NCBI GenBank assembly: GCA_963762555.1
Contig: CAVXLO010000049.1
Coordinates: forward strand, 35,090-99,089
Direction of reading: 5' to 3'
Length of the DNA: 64,000 nucleotides
Source of the DNA: an uncultured Verrucomicrobiae bacterium
Lineage (GTDB): Bacteria > Verrucomicrobiota > Verrucomicrobiia > Limisphaerales > UBA8199
Under the pieces are notes generated by a model that saw only the letters and a list, made by a program, of their open reading frames with translations, made no database searches and was not told the origin of the DNA. The position numbers and the translations under genes were made by a program. Positions 37,128 through 46,563 of this stretch are shown one piece after another. The stretch's first letter is position 1, and every line of letters begins with the position of its first letter.

Positions 37128-37184
37128 ACCATAGCTTGGGTCACGAGTGCTATGGATAATGTCCCAAGCTATGGTTTGACCCCA
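37118..37184. repeat. Complete palindromic element: 21-bp terminal inverted repeats GGGGTCAAACCATAGCTTGGG / CCCAAGCTATGGTTTGACCCC around a 23-nt centre
   Basis: It lies exactly at the 5' edge of the orphan RHS cassette. A partial copy lies at 16672-16729, and an extra CTTGACCCC lies at 37196-37204. Confidence 0.85.
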
Positions 37185-37307
37185 TTTCTGCAGGCTTGAC
37201 CCCTTTCACTTTCACGTAACAGCTACTTGGCAACCCCCTTGTTCTCTCCCTCCTGGACTCGGCTCAGCGCAGTTCGCGCCGCTTCTCGGATTATGGGATC
37301 CGGATCA

Positions 37308-38012
37308 TTAAGGGTGTTCTGCAGGTTGCGGGATTGCCGCCTTGGCAGAGCTCCCATATGCGCCTATTGCCCTCAATGCTGCCAATCGCGTATTGCAATT
37401 TGTGTCGTTAATCCTGGCCACTAGTTTCGGAATCACCACGGTAGGCTCCAACTTCATTTGCCCCAAGGCCCATGCCGCACATGTCCGAACCACTGGAGCC
37501 TCGTCCTGCAAAGCTTCAACCAGTGGAAAAACCGCTTGGGTCGCAGGCGGATGAACTGCTGCGAAGGCGGCGGCTGCTCTTGACCTCACAATAGAATCAT
37601 GATTGGTTAGCCCAGCCAGAAGCACAGGAACGCTCGGAGATCCAATCGCGCTTAAGCACATAGCTGCCTCTGAGGCCGTTGCGCTGTTCGTCAGTAGATT
37701 CGCCAACGCTGGGATGGCAGGTTCAGCAGCATTTCCAAGCACTTCAAAGCCTCTTACTGCCAACTCCTCACGTTCACGTGTTGTACCAATCATCCGCACA
37801 AGACCCAACCACACGTTCGTTCCTCCACTGCGCAATGATCGCTCTACAGCAGCGCGTCTCTGCGGACTATTGCTTTCCAGTTGCGAGAGGCGCTCTGTGA
37901 GCTGAGAATCATCCAGGATCGGCGGTTCAAGTCGTTGGCAGCCAACCGCCGCAGCAACACAAACAAGCAGGAGCGCACGCCGAACCAACCGATCCTTACG
38001 CCTGTCCGCCAT
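37308..38012 (-). CDS. HEAT-repeat lipoprotein; candidate immunity protein for the main RHS toxin (upstream alternative start 38045 overlaps the RHS stop)
   Basis: MADRRKDRLVRRALLLVCVAAAVGC (lipobox). Reiterated ..A.PAL..LL......VR..AA.AL.. HEAT-like units. It sits immediately 3' of the RHS and is AT-richer. Confidence 0.7.
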   Translation of the reverse strand: MADRRKDRLVRRALLLVCVAAAVGCQRLEPPILDDSQLTERLSQLESNSPQRRAAVERSLRSGGTNVWLGLVRMIGTTREREELAVRGFEVLGNAAEPAIPALANLLTNSATASEAAMCLSAIGSPSVPVLLAGLTNHDSIVRSRAAAAFAAVHPPATQAVFPLVEALQDEAPVVRTCAAWALGQMKLEPTVVIPKLVARINDTNCNTRLAALRAIGAYGSSAKAAIPQPAEHP

Positions 38013-38035
38013 AGCTTTGCGCAGAAACAGATCAT

Positions 38036-41000
38036 TCACGGGCAAACCTTCTCATAGTTGTCTGTTAGTACCTGAGCACATTTCAGAGTCCATGTGCTAC
38101 TCGCTCCTACCGCCTCTGATATGCAGTCACAAACAACGATGAATGTATCGTATGCGTCGCCAGGAATGGCACATTTCTTGGCTTGATTCCCAGCCTGTTC
38201 GTATTGCTGTGCACACTCTTTGCTTAAGCCACTTGGACACTTGGGCAACTTGAAATCACCGGGCTTCTTGGGTGGCTTGGGAATACGGGGCAGTCTTGGT
38301 CTTGCTCCATCTGGATCCATCCAGACAGCCGGAGAGTTCCTCACAAAGGAATAGCCCGTGGGCCGCTCCTGAGAGCTGTAACGAGCAAGGAAATAAAGCG
38401 CGTGCCACTTGCCTGATCTCGTCGCCAGATTGCTGGACATGACTGCTGCAACATCTGGGCGGATCCACCGCTGCCACATCGGCGAATAGGAACGATGCCC
38501 ATAGTAGCTGAAACCACAGCTCGCGTCGCGTTCCTTGCTCGAGAACTTGAAGCGGCAGACATCAGATCCGGAGGCAGAAGTCAGAACTCCGAAAGCGGAA
38601 TACGAATACGTTCCCGTTGTCGCTATTCCGTTTCGCGTCATCACAATGTCTCCCCGATGATTGCAATGCGTGTAGTAGGTGATGACGCCCCCGGCCACGC
38701 GCGTCACTGCCACCAGCGTCCCGATGTCCCCGGCCAGACCTACGCCGCGCGTGAACGCCTCCTGTGGCTGCGCCGCCTGGTTCAGCACGGCCGCAATGTC
38801 CCAGCCGTCGCAAACGTACATCCACTGCTGCGTCTGGCCGTTCACTAGCTCGCTCTTGGCAATCCGCTGGCTGTTGGCGTCATACCAGTTCTCGAGCACG
38901 ACCACACCGTTGCTCCTCACCTTGGTCAAGCGGTCCGCCCAATCCCACTCATACACCCAATTGGTGCTGCCATTAGCCCAGTTGGTCAGGTTTCCGTTGC
39001 CGTCGTACACGAAATATTCCTGGCAATTGGTCACCACCTTCGTCACCGTCCGCGTCTCCGTGCTCTGGTTGCCGCTCACGTCGGTGACGGTCACCACTAA
39101 CGGGTTCTCACCCGGGTTCAAAGCCACGTTGGGCAGGCTGAACGTCCCGTCGTTCGTGCCCACGCGGCCCCACACGCCGCGGCATTCGGCCCAGGTGTTG
39201 TACCATTTGTTGCTCCTCGGCCCGGGGTCCACTTGGCCCGTGACCGTCGCGCTCCAAGTCGTGTCGCTCGTGTCCGCGCGGGCGGTCAGCTCGTTGTCCT
39301 TGTTGTACACCCACTTCGTGCCCGCCTGGAGCGGGTTGAGCCAGTTGCCCGCCTCATCGTAGGTCCAGGAGTTGGTTGCCCCGCCCGCGAGGCCGTTGGT
39401 GAAACAGATTTCGTTGGTCAACTGGCCCACGCGGTCATAGCCGTAAAGCGTGACGTTGGTGCCGTTATTGGTAATCGCCAAAATGTTTCCGCCCGCGTCC
39501 CATTGATAGTTGTAGCGGGCGACCATTGTGGCCCCGTTGGTGATGCCCAGGCCCAAGAGGCGGGACTCCGTATCGTAAGCGTGCGTGACCACATCGCCGT
39601 TGCCGTAGCCCTTCCGCCACAACCGGCCTGCAGCGTCGTACGCATACCAGGCACTGGCCAGCGGATTGCCGTTGCCCAACTGCGCGATGTTCGTCAGCCG
39701 GTTCATGCAGTCGTAAGCATAGCGCGTCTCCAGCCAGTCTGTAAAGCCCGCCAATCCCGTGATCACCCGGTTGGTCACGTTGCCCACCGGGTCGAAGCCG
39801 TAGTCAATCTTGTATTTCACCGTCGCAAACCCCGGGATGTTCGTCAGCAGGCAGACGGCGTTGGTCACGCGGTTTAAGGAGTCATAAGTATATTCGAGGA
39901 CGGAGTTGGTCGAGGCCACCCGGGTGACGTTGCCCAGCGCATCGTAATCCAGGCTCAAGAGCACATTGTTGTTGTCGTCAGTCACGGAGACTAGCCGTTC
40001 GAGCGGGTCATATTGGTAACGGGTCACGCGCCCGTTGCCGTCCTGCCGCCAGGCCAAGCCGCCGCGGAAGGTGTAATCGTAGCGAATCAGTCTGCCCATG
40101 GGTGTCGTGATCTTGGTCAGCCGGCTGAAGCCGTTCGTGGAAACGTAATCAAACTTCTTCTCGCGCGTCTGGCCGCCGACGTGGGTGATGAGGTTGGTGA
40201 TCTGACTCGCGCCGTTGTAGCGGAGCTCGGTCAGGCGGTTCTCGGGATCGGTCACGGAGACGGTGCGGCCCAGGGCGTCCCGGCCATAGACCGTCACGCG
40301 GTCGAGCCGGTCGCGCATCCAATCCAGCCCGCAGCAGGAATACTCGGAATGATTGCTGGTGCCGTCCGGGAAAACGACATCGCGCATCCGGTCGAGGTTG
40401 TCGTAGAAATAACGCAAGTAATGGCCCGAGCCGTGGTTGGTGAGGGCGTTGAGGCGGCCAACAGCGTCGTAGCCTTTGGAGATACGGAGTCCGTCGGCAT
40501 AAAGCGTCTCGAAATTCCGGCCATCCGGGCCGAACGTCCAGCGGTTGGTGCGCCAGAGGGCGTCCACGAGATTGGTCATGTTCCCGTTGTGATCGTAACT
40601 CATCAGGGTGAACTGATTGAGCGCGTTGGTGACGGCCAATAATTCGTCTTTGGCGCTGTACGCGTAGCGGGTGGTTTGCCCCAACGGATTCCTGGACCAG
40701 ACTAGGTTGTCATGCGCGTCGAACGAATTGGTCCAGGTGCCAAGAACATCGGCGCTCTGCAGCAAGCCCCATTCCAGGACGCAATTGGTGAGCACGGTGG
40801 AGCTGAGGAGGTTGTGGCGCGCGTCGAACAGGTTGGTGGTGAGAACGTCGGCCTGGCGGGGGTAGCCGGTGTAGGCGGGGTCAGGGTCATTAGCGAGGGC
40901 GGTCTCGATTGGGTTCGCATCCGCGTCGAACGTCTGGTGACGCCATTGGCGGCTGCTGATGCCGGCGTTTGGCACGGCGGAGGCGTCCACGCCCTGGTAA

Positions 41001-43189
41001 TAGACGCGGCGCGCGGTGCCATCGCCAGCAGTGTTGTGAGCAAAGAGCCAGTTGTTCCCCGCCGTGTTTCGCTCGGTGACCGGCCCCGTATAATCGAAGG
41101 CGTGATAGAAATACTCGTTGGTCTGGCCCAGCGGGTCGTGGACTTCCATGCGGAAAGGCTCGCTGAAGCCGGGGTAAAGAGCGTCCTGACCGTGCTGGTA
41201 GCGAATGCTCCACGCATTGCCGCTCGGGTAGGTGATGTGGGTGGGCCAGTGGTTGGTGTCATATTGGATGAGGGTGGTCAGGCCGCCCATGTCCGTGAGC
41301 GAGGTGAGGTCGCCGTCCTGATACGTGAACGAGGCGGCGCGGCCAAAGGAATCGCTGACATTGGTCACATACCCGCTGCTGTTGTAGGAAAAAACAAATG
41401 GGCGTCCGATGGCATCCACGACAGCGGTCAGCCTGCCGGAGACTGGATCATAGGAGCAGGTCATGGCGTTGCCGTAGCGGTCCTCGACCCGCTCCAGGCG
41501 CTGGCCCAGGGCGGTGCTGGTGCTGAAGAACCACTTGTTGCCGCTGTGCTTGAAGTCGAGGATGAAATAGCCGTTGGTTTTAGCCAGGGCGTTAACGTTC
41601 CAAATGTCGGCGGGGACGTAGGCGCCGTCCGCCGGGATAAAGCGCTGGACGCGTCCGCCGGGCAGGACGAGATCAGCGCTGCCATCGGGGGTTTCGGTGA
41701 CGTGGCTGAAGAAGTTGCAGTGCCATTTGTTGCCGAAGGCGTAGTAATTGGCGTTCGAGTGTTCGGCCATGCGCTGGGTGGCGACGCGATTGAAGATGAG
41801 TTGGAGGTTCATGCGCAGGCCCTTGGCCTCGGTGCTCCACAAGGGAAGGTCCTTCAAAGTGAGATTAGCCGAACTGAGGCCGAAGCGGTAAATGGGCGAG
41901 CCTTCGCCTTCTTCTTCTTCGCAGCACCCCCCCGAACCACCCCCGCCACCCCCGCCACCCCCGCTGCAGTTGCCTAGAAGGCAAGAGTTCGATCCCAGCC
42001 CGCGGCCGAAATGGCCACCGCCGCCGCCGCCGCCGCCGCCGCCACCCATGCCGTCATCATCGCATTCATCGCTCGGGTCCGGCGGCGGGCTGCCGCAACA
42101 CCCGCCGCGCAACTCCCGCCCCCGCTCGACCGGCACGGGCTGGCCGCCCAGGGCGTCCTGGCCGGGCAATCGCAGCGCCGTCCCCGACCACCGGTACGTA
42201 AAATGCTCCAACGGCCAGCGCACCCGCCCGGAATCCGGGTCCAGCAAATCCACATAAGACTCGGCCACCGTTTCCACCACCACAAAATGCCCGCTCAGCG
42301 GCGCCGCGTCTTTGGATTGCGGCGTCTGGAAGACAGTGAAGCACTTGGGTTGGGCCGGCGCGCGCAAATGCGCCAACACCGGATGCCCCGGCCGGGCGGC
42401 GGCGCGCAACGCGGCCAAATCCAGCTCCACCGGCTGACCGTTGCAAAATCCAGCAAGGTCCTCCAGGGAAAGACCTTCCGGGTGGGTCGCCTTCGTTTTC
42501 GCCCAGGCATACCGGTTGACCAACGACTCCAAGGAGACGTTGCGGAGCGTGTCGCCGGTTTCATTCTGAGCCGCCAGTGCCAGCGCCAGGGCTTTGGCGC
42601 CGCAGAGCCGGTTCGTGCCATCCTTGGCCAGGGCCCGGGCAAAGATGCGCTGATAGTTCTCGACGTACTGCCGCTCCTGCCAGCTCAGGGGCAACTGGAG
42701 CATCGCGTTAAGCAGGTCCAGAGCCGTCTGGTAACGGCCTGTCTGCGCGTAGAGATGCGGCAAGTACCGCAACACCTTGCCGCGCACCTCGACTGAGGCC
42801 GGGTATTTGGCGAGGACGGAGATAAACCGGTCCTCAGCCTCGTCGTAGCGCGTGTTGTATTTCAGGTAACAGGCCTCGTGCAGTTCGGCCTCCGCCGCCC
42901 AGGGGCTGCCGGGCTGCTGCTGCCAGATTTGGCGGAAGGCCTCCACCCCTTCACTCCAGCGATGCTCGTTCCATAGCTCCATCGCGTCGCCCATCGCGTG
43001 GTTGTGGGCGGGGTCAAAGTTGTCGCCGATGCTCAGCAAGAGGCCGCCGCGCTCGCCGGAGTCGCGGACGGCCTGGGCGGAATAGCCGCGCTCGGATGGC
43101 GGGGGCACGCGCACGCCGTTGGGTGGTTGTTGTGCCAGCAGGGCGGCGCCTGCTCCCATTACGCAGAAGATGAGGGTGGCGGTTTTCAT
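38036..43189 (-). CDS. RHS-repeat polymorphic toxin: signal peptide, TPR-like region, C39-like cysteine-peptidase domain, poly-Gly linkers, YD/RHS repeats, RHS core end and a small Cys-rich C-terminal tip
   Basis: MKTATLIFCVMGAGAALLAQQ. NRLCGAKALALALAAQ...GHFVVVETVAESYVDLLDPDSGRVRW (Cys/His/Asp of a C39-like fold). G11 and G8SGG tracts. Many YD repeats. ..CRFKFSSKERDASCGFSYYGHRSYSPMWQRWIRPD...VWMDPDG, then PKPPKKPGDFKLPKC..C..C..C.C..C..C. Confidence 0.9.
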   Translation of the reverse strand: MKTATLIFCVMGAGAALLAQQPPNGVRVPPPSERGYSAQAVRDSGERGGLLLSIGDNFDPAHNHAMGDAMELWNEHRWSEGVEAFRQIWQQQPGSPWAAEAELHEACYLKYNTRYDEAEDRFISVLAKYPASVEVRGKVLRYLPHLYAQTGRYQTALDLLNAMLQLPLSWQERQYVENYQRIFARALAKDGTNRLCGAKALALALAAQNETGDTLRNVSLESLVNRYAWAKTKATHPEGLSLEDLAGFCNGQPVELDLAALRAAARPGHPVLAHLRAPAQPKCFTVFQTPQSKDAAPLSGHFVVVETVAESYVDLLDPDSGRVRWPLEHFTYRWSGTALRLPGQDALGGQPVPVERGRELRGGCCGSPPPDPSDECDDDGMGGGGGGGGGGGHFGRGLGSNSCLLGNCSGGGGGGGGGSGGCCEEEEGEGSPIYRFGLSSANLTLKDLPLWSTEAKGLRMNLQLIFNRVATQRMAEHSNANYYAFGNKWHCNFFSHVTETPDGSADLVLPGGRVQRFIPADGAYVPADIWNVNALAKTNGYFILDFKHSGNKWFFSTSTALGQRLERVEDRYGNAMTCSYDPVSGRLTAVVDAIGRPFVFSYNSSGYVTNVSDSFGRAASFTYQDGDLTSLTDMGGLTTLIQYDTNHWPTHITYPSGNAWSIRYQHGQDALYPGFSEPFRMEVHDPLGQTNEYFYHAFDYTGPVTERNTAGNNWLFAHNTAGDGTARRVYYQGVDASAVPNAGISSRQWRHQTFDADANPIETALANDPDPAYTGYPRQADVLTTNLFDARHNLLSSTVLTNCVLEWGLLQSADVLGTWTNSFDAHDNLVWSRNPLGQTTRYAYSAKDELLAVTNALNQFTLMSYDHNGNMTNLVDALWRTNRWTFGPDGRNFETLYADGLRISKGYDAVGRLNALTNHGSGHYLRYFYDNLDRMRDVVFPDGTSNHSEYSCCGLDWMRDRLDRVTVYGRDALGRTVSVTDPENRLTELRYNGASQITNLITHVGGQTREKKFDYVSTNGFSRLTKITTPMGRLIRYDYTFRGGLAWRQDGNGRVTRYQYDPLERLVSVTDDNNNVLLSLDYDALGNVTRVASTNSVLEYTYDSLNRVTNAVCLLTNIPGFATVKYKIDYGFDPVGNVTNRVITGLAGFTDWLETRYAYDCMNRLTNIAQLGNGNPLASAWYAYDAAGRLWRKGYGNGDVVTHAYDTESRLLGLGITNGATMVARYNYQWDAGGNILAITNNGTNVTLYGYDRVGQLTNEICFTNGLAGGATNSWTYDEAGNWLNPLQAGTKWVYNKDNELTARADTSDTTWSATVTGQVDPGPRSNKWYNTWAECRGVWGRVGTNDGTFSLPNVALNPGENPLVVTVTDVSGNQSTETRTVTKVVTNCQEYFVYDGNGNLTNWANGSTNWVYEWDWADRLTKVRSNGVVVLENWYDANSQRIAKSELVNGQTQQWMYVCDGWDIAAVLNQAAQPQEAFTRGVGLAGDIGTLVAVTRVAGGVITYYTHCNHRGDIVMTRNGIATTGTYSYSAFGVLTSASGSDVCRFKFSSKERDASCGFSYYGHRSYSPMWQRWIRPDVAAVMSSNLATRSGKWHALYFLARYSSQERPTGYSFVRNSPAVWMDPDGARPRLPRIPKPPKKPGDFKLPKCPSGLSKECAQQYEQAGNQAKKCAIPGDAYDTFIVVCDCISEAVGASSTWTLKCAQVLTDNYEKVCP

Positions 43190-43234
43190 TATGGTCCTAG
43201 TTTGGATAATTGTTCCTGGTCTGCACGCTGCGGG

Positions 43235-46200
43235 TCAAAATTCGGCGCCTTCGGAGGGCGAGGTGATGGTGAAGCTCGGCAAGCTCGTATCGTAGTGGAG
43301 CGGGTCGGCTGCGAGGATGTTCGGAAGGCCGTCGCCGCTGTAGTCGTCCCAAGGGTTCTGCCGCAGGTTGCCGAACCAATAAATCTCCTCGGTGTCCAGC
43401 CAGCCGTCGCCATCCATATCCGGGTTAAAGATGCCCGCGCTGTCCCAGGCGGCGCGGCCGCCATGCAGCGCGAAGGCCATGCCTTCGATGACTTTGCCCT
43501 CCAAACCGACGTCGCTGGCGGGGACTTCCAGGCGCACCCATTGGCCGGCGGCGGGCAGGGCGCCCATCGGGAAACGGCTTTGCGTTCCGCTCTGGCCCCA
43601 CGCAATCAGGTCCGCGCCCCAATAGGCCCGGTGTTCCCATGAGCCGTAGCCGTTTTCAGCCACCACATACCACTGTAACATGACTTCGGCGGGCGGATAC
43701 GTGGAATCCAGGTTGACCCAGGCGTAAAGCTTTTCGCCGATGGCCAGGCCGGTGCGGGGACGGATGACCGAGAGCGCGCGCTCGAAGTAATGCTGGTGCA
43801 TCGCGTTATTCACCTTGGCTGAGACGTGCGTTTTCGAGCCGGAATGGGGGTAGATCGCGGCGCCTCCCCAGCCATCACCGTCATACCATGAAGTGGCCCA
43901 GTTCCACGTTTCGTTTTCGGCGGCTGGGTAGCCGCTTTGCGGGACCGCATCTTCCAGCCACGGGAATTCCGAGTCCAGCCAGTCCACGATGCCGTTGGCA
44001 GAGGAGTTGTCGCGGGTCGGGTCCAGGCCCAACTGATACTCGCGCAGGTTGTTCAAGTTGTCGCCGTCCGGGTCATCCCCGGCCGAATAATCCAGCGTGC
44101 CGAACCATTTCCATTCCCAGCCGTCGGGCAGGGAGTCGCCATCGCTATCGTAGGGGCCGGTATAGGCGATTTGCAGCCCGCTCAAATTATTGTAGCCGTA
44201 AGTGTTGTGTTTGGCCTGGATGATGACCGGCTGGTTGGAGCAGACGGCCACGTTCTTGAAGAGCACATATTGCTGGCCGACCTCCCAGTTGTTGGAGGTT
44301 GGCCCGTAGCCGCGGAGGCTGGTGCCTTTGATGCCCCAGTTGACATTATCGCTCCACAACTCGAACACGGCGTTATCGTCCAGGGTGGGCGTGTGGCCGT
44401 AGAGATAGAGGTCGCAGGTGCCGGAGGGCAGATTGGTGAGCGTGAGGGTGATGTTGCCGCCGTTCTGGCAGTAAATGTAGCTGCGAAACATCATGTCGGG
44501 CAGCGAATTGCCCCATTGTCCGGGGGCGTTACGCACCACCATGCCCGCAGCCGAGGTACTCTGATCGGACCACTTGAGATTGGGCACGCTTGTGGCGTAC
44601 GCCCAGACATAGCTGTAAGGATTCCAGTAATCGTTCGTGGACAGACCCACCACAGCGGGACCAACCTTGTCGCCAGACGAACCGCCGAAGTTGACGTTGA
44701 GCAGATTGCTGATGCCGGGCTGATAGGCGGGCACCGCGCCTGAGGGAACAATCTGCAATCCGCTCAGTGAAGCATAGCCCGAGGCATCGGGATAAACATC
44801 GAGCGTGAGGGTCTGGTTGTTGACCGCGATGTTCCGGAAGCGCACGAACTGCTCGTGCTCGTCCCAGTATGTCGAATACCAGCCGTTGCCCCAGAGGGTT
44901 GTGCCCTTGTACCAAAGGGTGGCGCCGTCCCGCTTGAGTTCGATCATCGGCGCCCCGGCCTCCGAGGCCCGCGTCGCATAGGCCACCAGGTCGTACTCGT
45001 CGGAGGGCAGATTGGTAATCGTCACGGTGATATGGCCGCCATTGGCCGGGTAAATGAAACACGCGTACATGTAGTCCACAGGCCAGCCGCAGAGGGGATT
45101 GCAACCGACACCCGGCGCATTACTGACAATGATGCCGACCGTGGATGGACTCCAATCCGACCAATACAAATCGGCGAGCGAACCCGCCAGGCAACCATTG
45201 CAATCGTAAGGGTTCCAATAATCGTAAGGCCCGGAGCCGAAGGCGGCGGGGCCGTATTTGCCGGTATTGACAAACTGGACGTTCAGCAACGCCGTATTGA
45301 CCATCAGGTAGTCCAGGACCACGCCCGGCGCGGCATCCACAGCGGTCCCGGCCTTGGCCATCAGTCGGGAAGCGCTCGTTCGCGCGGCTGGCGTCTTCAA
45401 TTGCACCAGCGCGGACTTGAGTTGCTGCGGCCGGCCCGGCGAACGCAGCATCGCGCCTTTGGCGGGCAATGCGTCCAACTGCGGCTTGATCAGGCGATAC
45501 GGGGTCGCTTCAATGAGAAACTGGCGGGGCTCGCCCTGTGGACCGAGCAGCACTTCCCAGCTCTTGCCCGAGGGCACACTCCGCCGCGGTTCGCCCAGCG
45601 TGAAGGACCGGCCCGCCGTCATGCGCATCGCGCCCCAGATCAACGTTTCATCCGACATACTCTCGTCGTGCTGCAAACCGAGCGCCTGGTAGGCCTCGCG
45701 CAGGCTGATAGACCTGGCATCCCGGCGCGGCTGTGGCGGATTGAGGAACTCGGTCAGCACGGCTAGACGCACGTTGTCGTCCGCCGTAAAACCGAGTTCG
45801 CCGGGCTCGGGCAATCCCTTGCGGATAACCACCGTCTGTTCAAAGGACGTCCGGGTATATTCGTAAACAAGGTCCGCAGCCACGCCGTTCTCCCCGTCAA
45901 ATGCGTCGCGGTAAATCACCGTCGTGGAGCCAACCAGTTCGCCGGCGCTCTCCTTGAGTTGGGCAAGCAGCACGCTCTTGCCCGTGTCCGAGAAGTAACA
46001 CAGTCCCAGCACCCGGCTCTGCAAGCTCAGCCCGTCCGGGGTGCGGAGCGTGATCACGCCGGGCATGGCGGAGGGGAAGCTTACCTGGTGCGGGCCGAAC
46101 CGGGCGATGGCTCCATCGGTGAGCACCTCGATTTCCTCGCGCGCGTTTTGCTGCGCCGCCAGGACGGCTTGCCGGGAACGTTCCGCCGCCACCAGTCGGG

Positions 46201-46417
46201 CCGCAGCGTCTGGCTCGTTGAGGAACGTTTTCATCGTGCGCGCGTCCGGCTGGGCAATCCGGGTTTGCAGTTCCGCGATGGCGGCGGTGAGGGCGTTCGT
46301 ATCGCCGATGCGCGCCTGATTCTGGTCGCCCCCGCCCGCGGGGGCGTCTTGAGCGAGGAGGCCCAGACACGTCGCTAACCACACACTGAAAGCCGAGATA
46401 TATAGATGAGTTTTCAT
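43235..46417 (-). CDS. Large secreted protein with two tandem CBM/lectin-like beta-sandwich domains and thrombospondin-type-3-like Ca-binding D-x-D-G-D motifs
   Basis: Signal MKTHLYISAFSVWLATCLGLLAQ (ATG at 46417). Duplicated ..LNV.F......GPA..G....DYWNPY...W(S)D.S.S..G..V.NAPG...GG.IT.T.TNLP...YDL..Y...LSGLQI. Also DSDGDSLPDGWE, DDPDGDNLNNLREY and DMDGDGWLD. It ends 45 nt upstream of the RHS start. Confidence 0.85.
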   Translation of the reverse strand: MKTHLYISAFSVWLATCLGLLAQDAPAGGGDQNQARIGDTNALTAAIAELQTRIAQPDARTMKTFLNEPDAAARLVAAERSRQAVLAAQQNAREEIEVLTDGAIARFGPHQVSFPSAMPGVITLRTPDGLSLQSRVLGLCYFSDTGKSVLLAQLKESAGELVGSTTVIYRDAFDGENGVAADLVYEYTRTSFEQTVVIRKGLPEPGELGFTADDNVRLAVLTEFLNPPQPRRDARSISLREAYQALGLQHDESMSDETLIWGAMRMTAGRSFTLGEPRRSVPSGKSWEVLLGPQGEPRQFLIEATPYRLIKPQLDALPAKGAMLRSPGRPQQLKSALVQLKTPAARTSASRLMAKAGTAVDAAPGVVLDYLMVNTALLNVQFVNTGKYGPAAFGSGPYDYWNPYDCNGCLAGSLADLYWSDWSPSTVGIIVSNAPGVGCNPLCGWPVDYMYACFIYPANGGHITVTITNLPSDEYDLVAYATRASEAGAPMIELKRDGATLWYKGTTLWGNGWYSTYWDEHEQFVRFRNIAVNNQTLTLDVYPDASGYASLSGLQIVPSGAVPAYQPGISNLLNVNFGGSSGDKVGPAVVGLSTNDYWNPYSYVWAYATSVPNLKWSDQSTSAAGMVVRNAPGQWGNSLPDMMFRSYIYCQNGGNITLTLTNLPSGTCDLYLYGHTPTLDDNAVFELWSDNVNWGIKGTSLRGYGPTSNNWEVGQQYVLFKNVAVCSNQPVIIQAKHNTYGYNNLSGLQIAYTGPYDSDGDSLPDGWEWKWFGTLDYSAGDDPDGDNLNNLREYQLGLDPTRDNSSANGIVDWLDSEFPWLEDAVPQSGYPAAENETWNWATSWYDGDGWGGAAIYPHSGSKTHVSAKVNNAMHQHYFERALSVIRPRTGLAIGEKLYAWVNLDSTYPPAEVMLQWYVVAENGYGSWEHRAYWGADLIAWGQSGTQSRFPMGALPAAGQWVRLEVPASDVGLEGKVIEGMAFALHGGRAAWDSAGIFNPDMDGDGWLDTEEIYWFGNLRQNPWDDYSGDGLPNILAADPLHYDTSLPSFTITSPSEGAEF

Positions 46418-46563
46418 AGGCGCCTTAGAAAAGGACTTGTGGATTTGGCGGCATTGGTTGATTTGCGGAAGAATAGTGGAGGTGCTGCCCGCCAAACGTG
46501 GCGGCAACAGCATGCCGGACGGGCAGCCCCGCTCGGCCGCAGGCACAGGACATGGCCGCTTTC

